Source of the DNA: Pseudomonadota bacterium
Lineage (GTDB): Bacteria > Bdellovibrionota_B > Oligoflexia > Oligoflexales > CAIYRB01
Reading direction: 5' to 3'
NCBI GenBank assembly: GCA_031416315.1
Contig: JANOTL010000074.1
Location: forward strand, 1-40,560
Length of the DNA: 40,560 nt
In this document: one piece after another, positions 34,872 through 40,560 of the stretch
Position numbering within the stretch: the first letter of the stretch is position 1
Layout of the letters: each line of letters opens with the position of its first letter
Notes under the pieces: model-generated
Told to the model about the DNA's origin: nothing
Database searches by the model: none
What the model saw: the letters and a program-made list of their open reading frames with translations, nothing else
Program-made: the position numbers and the translations under genes

Positions 34872-35128
34872 AGGTGCGCATCCCGACGCCGCTCTATTCG
34901 TACACGAAGAGCCGCGCCGTCGTGGAAGCGACCGGCGCGACGCTCGAGGACGTGACCCGTGACCTGGACCGCCAGTTCCCGGGGATTCGTTTCCGCATGA
35001 TCGACGAGCAGGATCGGGTTCGTTACTTCATGAAGATCTTCGTGAACGGCGCGCAGGTGCTCGACCTGAAGACGCCGGTGCGCGAAGGCGACGATGTCTT
35101 CATCATTCAGGCCTTGAGCGGCGGTTGA
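34868..35128 (+). CDS. MoaD/ThiS family ubiquitin-like protein
   Basis: GTGA overlap with the propeller gene; MKVRIPTPL...FVNG...QALSGG with a C-terminal di-Gly. Confidence 0.92.
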   Translation: MKVRIPTPLYSYTKSRAVVEATGATLEDVTRDLDRQFPGIRFRMIDEQDRVRYFMKIFVNGAQVLDLKTPVREGDDVFIIQALSGG

Positions 35129-35151
35129 GCGGTGCCATCCCGCGCGGCCTC

Positions 35152-35293
35152 GGTATGGTCCGATGCCGACCTGAGCGTCTTTGCACGAAGAGCGCCGGCC
35201 CGGGCGTGCTCGCCTTGACCGCCACGACGATCGCGACGAGCAAGGCAGGAGTGCGATGCTCAGCATCACCGCCGCCGTGCGGTCGAACACGCA
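35152..35293 (-). pseudogene. Frameshifted fragment of a bacterial sugar transferase (WcaJ/WbaP-like domain N-terminus)
   Basis: VFDRTAAVML followed in another frame by PALLVAIVVAVKASTPGPALFVQRRSG. Confidence 0.65.
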
Positions 35294-35298
35294 CTAGC

Positions 35299-36915
35299 TC
35301 AGGCCGTAGGGCATGGGCTCATGCTCCCAAGGTCGAAGACACGATCGAAATGTCGGAGAATGCCCGTGCGATGCGTGACGAGCACGATGGTGCAAATGCC
35401 TTTGAGGTCCTTCAAGGTTTCGCAAAGGCCGGCCTCGGTGCGGGCGTCCAGGTTGGCGCTCACCTCGTCGAGAAGGAGGAGCGAGGGCTTCCGCAGCAAG
35501 GCTTGCGCGAGGCTCAGGCGCTGCTTTTCGCCGGCGGAGAGCCCGTAGCCGCCCTCCTCGATGCGCCGGTTGAGCCCCTCGGGGCAGCGCGACAGAAGCT
35601 CGGAGGCGCCGGCGTCTGCCATCGCCCGGTGGATCTCGTCGGCAGAGACCGGTGTATGCATGCCGAAGGCGACGTTTTCGGCTAGGGTTCCCGCGATAAG
35701 CAAAGGCTCCTGTCCGACGTAGGCGATGGTGCCGCGGAAGCGGTCGACGTAGTCCGAGGCGGTGAGGCCCTCGATCAGCATCTGGCCGGCGGTCGGCGCA
35801 TAAAGCGCCAACACCAGATTGATCAGGGTCGACTTGCCGCAGCCGCTCGGCCCCATCAGCGCGAAGTGCTCGCCGCCTTCGATCGTCAGGTCCAGCCCAC
35901 TGAGCACGTTCGCCGCGGCGCCGGCTCGCTTGAAGCTCAGGCCGCGCATTTCGAGGCGCGGCGGCGCGCGCTCGGTCCGCGCCGTGACCTCTGGCGTAGG
36001 GCGTGCGGGCACTGTCGCGGCAGGCGCGGCCATCGCTTGCGCCGCGAATGGTCGCGCCCGTGACCACGTCGAAAGCGCGCTGGAAAGCGTCACCAGCGTT
36101 TGGACTAGGCGTACGAGCAGGTAAACCAGCGGCACGAAGGCTGCGGCATCCGCGCCGTCGAAAAGCTGCGCGTTCTCCGCGAGCAAAAGGGCCGCGAGCA
36201 GCAAGATGCCGAGCACTGCGGTCGCGCACGGGCCTACCGCGCCGATGATCGCCGCCTTCCGCGACAGGCGTGCGACCGTGTCGACCAGGCGGCCCATGCG
36301 CGCGTCCTCGCGCGCTTCCAGCCCATAATGCTTGATCATCACCCAGTTCGACGCGACCCGCGCCACGCCGGCCGCGAGTTGACGCGCCAGGTGCAGCTGC
36401 TTCTCCGCCAGGCGGCGCCCCGTCCGCGACAAGCCGACCGAGGCGAAGGCGCAGACGACGAGGCCGGCCATCGCCATCAACGCCCGCATTGGGCTGAGCC
36501 AGAAAATGCCGGCGACCAGCGCCGCGATCGTCACGGAGGTGGAGATGATGCCGAGAAACGCGGACGACGCGCGAGCCGCTGTCGCGTCGACGTCGGTCAA
36601 GAGATGCCTCAGATCGGCGACCGCTGCGGGCTCCTTCGGCGTCCACAGCAAGGCACGAATGTGGCGCAAGCGCAGCTCGCGCAAGGTGCCCGCCTCCGCG
36701 AGGCTCGGCATGGAGTTCGCAGCCATCAAGAGAATCCCGCGGACCACGCCAGCCGCGCAAAGCAGCGCGATCGTCGTCCCGGACGGCCGGACCACGATAA
36801 CCTCGTGGATCAGGCGCGCAAAGACGCACTCCGCGGCGACGAAGCCGAGCGAGACGGCGACGCTGCCGACGACGAGGGCCGGCTGCATGCCGGAGTTCCT
36901 GAGGGTTCGCATCAT
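35299..36915 (-). CDS. ABC exporter, fused permease and ATPase
   Basis: N-terminal TM helices; GPSGCGKST, LSAGEKQR, LLLLDEVSANLD and VTHR motifs. Confidence 0.9.
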   Translation of the reverse strand: MMRTLRNSGMQPALVVGSVAVSLGFVAAECVFARLIHEVIVVRPSGTTIALLCAAGVVRGILLMAANSMPSLAEAGTLRELRLRHIRALLWTPKEPAAVADLRHLLTDVDATAARASSAFLGIISTSVTIAALVAGIFWLSPMRALMAMAGLVVCAFASVGLSRTGRRLAEKQLHLARQLAAGVARVASNWVMIKHYGLEAREDARMGRLVDTVARLSRKAAIIGAVGPCATAVLGILLLAALLLAENAQLFDGADAAAFVPLVYLLVRLVQTLVTLSSALSTWSRARPFAAQAMAAPAATVPARPTPEVTARTERAPPRLEMRGLSFKRAGAAANVLSGLDLTIEGGEHFALMGPSGCGKSTLINLVLALYAPTAGQMLIEGLTASDYVDRFRGTIAYVGQEPLLIAGTLAENVAFGMHTPVSADEIHRAMADAGASELLSRCPEGLNRRIEEGGYGLSAGEKQRLSLAQALLRKPSLLLLDEVSANLDARTEAGLCETLKDLKGICTIVLVTHRTGILRHFDRVFDLGSMSPCPTA

Positions 36916-37102
36916 GGGAAACCCGATGCCGAAAATGGAGCTGGAGGTTTCCGCAAATTGTAGCGCACATCGCGCGCTCAGGTCCTAGTTCCAAGTAACT
37001 GATATGAAAGTCGATTTATTGACGGGCGCTTTGCGACGCTCGCGCGCCTGCGCGACCCGGTCCCCGGCCGAGAGAACGGCTCGTGGCGGCCTGCATGCCC
37101 AC

Positions 37103-37879
37103 CTACCCAATGTGAGCGGCGCCCGGGTTGAACGCGCTCGGCTTCAGGTGATGGTTCTTGTGAAAGTACACGCCGCTGCCGACGAGGTTGACGACCTTGT
37201 AGTACGCGTTGTGATTCAAGTTCACGATCGCGACGCTGCCGTCGTCCTGCGTCTGGTGCGTCGCGAAGTTGATGTGCGCGAAGACCACGAGGTTCGTCAG
37301 GTAAGCCGGCAGGTAGAAGCAGACGAAAAGGGTCGGCCCCAGTAGCCACAGCCAGCAGGCCAGGCGCGCGATCATGCTCACGTAATAGAAGCCCATCTCG
37401 ACGAAGAGAATCGTCTGCGTCCGGCGGTCGTCGCCGTGCATGTCGAGGTAGGCTTTGCGGATGACCTTGATCGTCTCCATCTGCGTCGTCAGCAGGAACG
37501 GCAGGAAGCGCTTGCCGCGCGGCGGATGCGGGTCCCGCTCGCTGTCGGCAAAGGCATGATGCAGGAAATGGCTGATCCGGAAGGGCCCGAGCCCGAACAG
37601 CACGAAGAAGCCGCCGAGCTCGCCGACCACTTCGTTCAGCCACCGTCGGCGCAGGTTGAAGTGCACCGCATTGTGCAGTAGCGACGGGATCATCACGCCC
37701 AATACGATCGACGCCAGAATCAGCGGCAAGTGCCACACCGTGACCTGCAGCCCCTCCGCGAACGGAGCGCGAACCTGATGTAACCCGACGAACAGCGCGA
37801 GGGACGTCACCATCTGCGTGAAGAAGTACTTCAGGAAGAAGTGCGGATCTCTCTTGAAGTTGCGCCAATCGATGCTCAT
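37103..37879 (-). CDS. Membrane fatty acid desaturase family protein
   Basis: His boxes HNAVH, HFLHH and HKNHH with TM segments; start MSIDW overlaps the upstream stop codon (ATGA). Confidence 0.88.
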   Translation of the reverse strand: MSIDWRNFKRDPHFFLKYFFTQMVTSLALFVGLHQVRAPFAEGLQVTVWHLPLILASIVLGVMIPSLLHNAVHFNLRRRWLNEVVGELGGFFVLFGLGPFRISHFLHHAFADSERDPHPPRGKRFLPFLLTTQMETIKVIRKAYLDMHGDDRRTQTILFVEMGFYYVSMIARLACWLWLLGPTLFVCFYLPAYLTNLVVFAHINFATHQTQDDGSVAIVNLNHNAYYKVVNLVGSGVYFHKNHHLKPSAFNPGAAHIG

Positions 37880-38616
37880 GCAGACCTCGCGGCGAAGGTC
37901 GCCGTGGCAATGATGTCGTTGACGTCGGCTGGGTGGGTGAGCGGGCTCCAGTGGCGCGTGGGCAAGACGACGTGTGATGCGCGCGTGAAGAAGCGGCGGA
38001 TTTCGGCCGCGCACGGCACGATCAGGAAGGGGTCGCGACGGCCCGAGACGAGAACGGTCGGAACGAGGCATGGCGCCTCTTCCCAAGACCGGAGGAGCCG
38101 CCACGCCCGGTGCGACAAGCTCCGATAAAGCATGATCGGGGCGAAATTACGCCGCGAGACCCGCATGCCGACGGCCCGCACGAGACCTGCGACTCCCGGA
38201 GCGTTCAGCGCCAGCACGTAGAGCGAGCGAAGGGATTGCGACCACGAGCGCCTCGCGCCCGAGGCTCCAAGCCGCGAGGTGAACTGCGCGATCCCCGCGC
38301 CGTTGATCAACACCTGGCCGTCGACGCAATGCGGCGCGCGCAGGCATACCTCGTTCAGGATGAAGCATCCGAGGTCGTGACCCACGAGATGGAGCCGACG
38401 GTCCGGGTGTCGTCGCCGGAGGCGGCGCACGACCGCGAGCACTTGCAGCGTCACCGCCTCGACGTCATGATCCTCTGCCGCCAGGTCGAGGCAGACGAGG
38501 TGCGCCGCCGGCGCGAAATGCCGCAGTTGCGCCTCCCATAGCCGCGACGAATCGGGGAATCCATGCAGAAAGATCAGGATCGGGCCCTCGGCCCGCGGCA
38601 GCTCGACGACCCTCAT
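37876..38616 (-). CDS. Alpha/beta hydrolase, epoxide-hydrolase-like
   Basis: LHGFPD oxyanion motif, GHDLG (Asp nucleophile), GRRDP and a C-terminal HW. Confidence 0.85.
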   Translation of the reverse strand: MRVVELPRAEGPILIFLHGFPDSSRLWEAQLRHFAPAAHLVCLDLAAEDHDVEAVTLQVLAVVRRLRRRHPDRRLHLVGHDLGCFILNEVCLRAPHCVDGQVLINGAGIAQFTSRLGASGARRSWSQSLRSLYVLALNAPGVAGLVRAVGMRVSRRNFAPIMLYRSLSHRAWRLLRSWEEAPCLVPTVLVSGRRDPFLIVPCAAEIRRFFTRASHVVLPTRHWSPLTHPADVNDIIATATFAARSA

Positions 38617-39539
38617 GGGAGCTCCGCGGTTCGCTGCAGCTCGATCCCGATCGCCTTGTGGCGGCGGGGCTGCATCAATTGTGAGACGTACGGGATTTTG
38701 GTCGCGACCAGCGCGAGACGGTGACGCCACGGCAGCCGTTGGAACTTCGCCAGCACCGAGCGCAGATCGGCGTAGAATCCACTCGTCTCGGTGCTCCTGC
38801 CCAAGCGCCGAAGGCGCAGAAGTTGGCGCAGCACCCAAACTCGGTGCAGCGTCTCCGCGAGCAGAAAGTCGGCCCGGCTCGTTCCGAGCATCCGCAACAT
38901 GAGGGGCGCATAGCTGCTGTGCCGGATCTCTTCCTCGAAGTGCTGCTGATTCAGCGCGAAAAACAAGGGCTCGACCTCGGCCTTCCGGCTCCGGATGTCG
39001 CGGAAGAGCGCCAGGCTCTCTTCCTCCGTGATCATCACGAGCCACCAGATCGCGCGGCCGCCCAAAAGCGAGTTCAATACGAAAGCCGCCGTCGACCACG
39101 ATCGCGCACGATACGATGGCAGGACCGCGTGCAGGCTCGCGGCGTCGATGCCCCGCCCCTGCGCGAACGTCTCGACGTAGCGGGCGAAGGCAAGCGAGTG
39201 CTTCGCCTCTTCCTTGAAGAATTGCTCGCCCAATTTGACGACGTCGTCGCCGGCGTCGATCCGCGCCAGCGGCCGGCGCCAGCAAAGATCGCGCACGACG
39301 CCGAGGATCTTCTCGTGCTCGGAGATCGCCTGCACCGCCATCAGCCCGAGGAGCTGCGAGCAGGCGAGCTCTTCAGCGGGCGTCAGCGTGAGGGCGTCGG
39401 CCAGTGCCCGGCAATCGGGCAGGAGTGCGCGGGTCGCGTCGAGGCTCGCCCAGGGCAGGTCCCGCTCGAGATCCCACTGCTTCTCCTCCTGAACGAGGCG
39501 CATCCGGTGATACTTCGAAGGTGAGCTGCTGATTTCCAT
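38613..39539 (-). CDS. Ferritin-like diiron oxygenase (AurF-like)
   Basis: WDLERDLPW, SEHE, EEAKH, TEE and HFEEEIRH diiron ligand pattern. Confidence 0.78.
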   Translation of the reverse strand: MEISSSPSKYHRMRLVQEEKQWDLERDLPWASLDATRALLPDCRALADALTLTPAEELACSQLLGLMAVQAISEHEKILGVVRDLCWRRPLARIDAGDDVVKLGEQFFKEEAKHSLAFARYVETFAQGRGIDAASLHAVLPSYRARSWSTAAFVLNSLLGGRAIWWLVMITEEESLALFRDIRSRKAEVEPLFFALNQQHFEEEIRHSSYAPLMLRMLGTSRADFLLAETLHRVWVLRQLLRLRRLGRSTETSGFYADLRSVLAKFQRLPWRHRLALVATKIPYVSQLMQPRRHKAIGIELQRTAELP

Positions 39540-39565
39540 AAGTGCCCGTAATATTAAATAAATTC

Positions 39566-39623
39566 GGCAACCTGCACTCTCTGGAAGATACCAGAGCCAC
39601 GTGCTTATTAAAGTGGCAACCTG
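39566..39623. promoter_or_regulatory. Candidate operator elements in the divergent promoter region
   Basis: GGCAACCTG direct repeats (39566-39574 and 39615-39623) flank the palindrome CTCTGG-N6-CCAGAG (39579-39596) in an AT-rich spacer. Confidence 0.4.
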
Positions 39624-39670
39624 AAAGTATCGATCCGTAGTACCGAAAGTGCCGCACCCCGAGGACCGCG

Positions 39671-40405
39671 ATGAGCCAAGTGGCCGAGCTCATTCAGCAC
39701 ATCAAGCAGAAGCTCCGCAGCGCCGGGCTCACCTATCGTGACCTCGCCGACCGGATTGACGTGTCGGAGTCGACGCTGAAGCGCTGGTTCTCGCAGAACT
39801 CGTTCAACGTCGAGCGCCTCGACGACATCTGCCAAGCGCTGTCGATCGACCTCGCCGACGTCCTGCCGGCCCGGCGCAGGCGCCTCACGGTGCAGTATCT
39901 CAGCGAGCATCAGGAGCTCGAGCTCGCGGCCAACGAGACCCTCTTCCTCGTCTTCTATCTGATCGTCGGCGGCCGCGGCGTCGCCGACATCGTCGCTCGT
40001 TACGAGGTCAGCGCCGTGAAGCTTCGTACCTACTTGATCCGCCTCGACCAACTCGAGCTGATCGAGCTGCACCCGGAAGATCGCATCGTTCCGCTCGTCA
40101 ACCAGAGCATCATGTGGCGCGAAGGCGGCCTCCTCGAGGAGAAGTACGGCGACCAGATCCGCCGGGATTTCCTCGACACCAAATTCGACGGCGAGCACGA
40201 GCGCCGGTGGTTCGTCTCGGGCCGCATGTCGCCTGCGAGCCTCTCCGTCTTCAGCCGCAAGCTCGAAGCGCTGCTGAAAGAGTTTCGCGACTTGATCGAG
40301 CTCGACCACGATCTCGGCCCGCGCGAGACGGTGAACGTTACCTTTTTTGCCGCGCACCGGCCCTGGGCACTACCGCTCCTCAAGGGCAAGCGCCGTCTCA
40401 GCTAG
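39671..40405 (+). CDS. XRE/Cro-type HTH transcriptional regulator with a C-terminal sensory region
   Basis: GAGGA RBS; LRSAGLTYRDLADRIDVSESTLKRWFS HTH. Confidence 0.9.
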   Translation: MSQVAELIQHIKQKLRSAGLTYRDLADRIDVSESTLKRWFSQNSFNVERLDDICQALSIDLADVLPARRRRLTVQYLSEHQELELAANETLFLVFYLIVGGRGVADIVARYEVSAVKLRTYLIRLDQLELIELHPEDRIVPLVNQSIMWREGGLLEEKYGDQIRRDFLDTKFDGEHERRWFVSGRMSPASLSVFSRKLEALLKEFRDLIELDHDLGPRETVNVTFFAAHRPWALPLLKGKRRLS

Positions 40406-40452
40406 ACCCTGGCGCGAAAGCGCCAGGGTCTATCCCGAGCGGAGCGAGGGAT
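40403..40452. terminator. 13-bp GAAA-tetraloop hairpin followed by a REP-like palindrome
   Basis: TAGACCCTGGCGC-GAAA-GCGCCAGGGTCTA, then ATCCC-GAGCGGAGCGA-GGGAT. Confidence 0.6.
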
Positions 40453-40560
40453 CTCGGCGATTACACCTGCGCCGCCGCTTCCCGGCACCATCATGGGGGG
40501 CAGCTCGGAAGAAGTGGCATGCAGAGCGACGCGGCAACACTGGCCGCCGGGTACGCCTCT

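Noticed and set aside
40455..40560. Possible gene end at the right edge of the window
   Set aside because: Too short, and no frame gives a recognisable protein.

Overview
High-GC bacterial chromosome segment. Its many lipoproteins and exported hydrolases suggest Bdellovibrionota/Oligoflexia, but that is inference. The left part holds a Gly-rich (probably RRM) protein tail, lipoproteins, tapT and yheU, and a sigma54-type operon: orf, tgt and a DegT-family aminotransferase. From about 6.7 to 21.8 kb lies an accessory island bracketed by a 267-bp direct repeat (about 91% identical). The repeat contains the overlapping 3' ends of degT and a convergent PlsC-like acyltransferase gene, so both genes stay intact. 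The island carries a hipBA-type toxin-antitoxin pair, a complete IS21 element with a 7-bp target duplication, IS5 and IS91 remnants, two exported proteins sharing a novel N-terminal module, and several short fragments of unrelated housekeeping genes. The right part encodes a papain-like lipoprotein, a lipoprotein with tandem uracil-DNA-glycosylase-like domains, a GH13 glucosidase, a trypsin-like protease, a 2OG-Fe(II) oxygenase and a fused DhaKL. It also has an MBL hydrolase/BNR propeller/MoaD-like trio, an ABC exporter, and a diiron oxygenase/alpha-beta hydrolase/desaturase operon with a divergent HTH regulator. Best novelty candidates: a shared post-lipobox motif in four unrelated lipoproteins, the exported tandem-UDG lipoprotein, the integrase-less repeat-flanked island with gene-fragment mosaics, and the tgt-degT and diiron-desaturase operons. 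All family calls come from motif recognition by eye; no searches were run.
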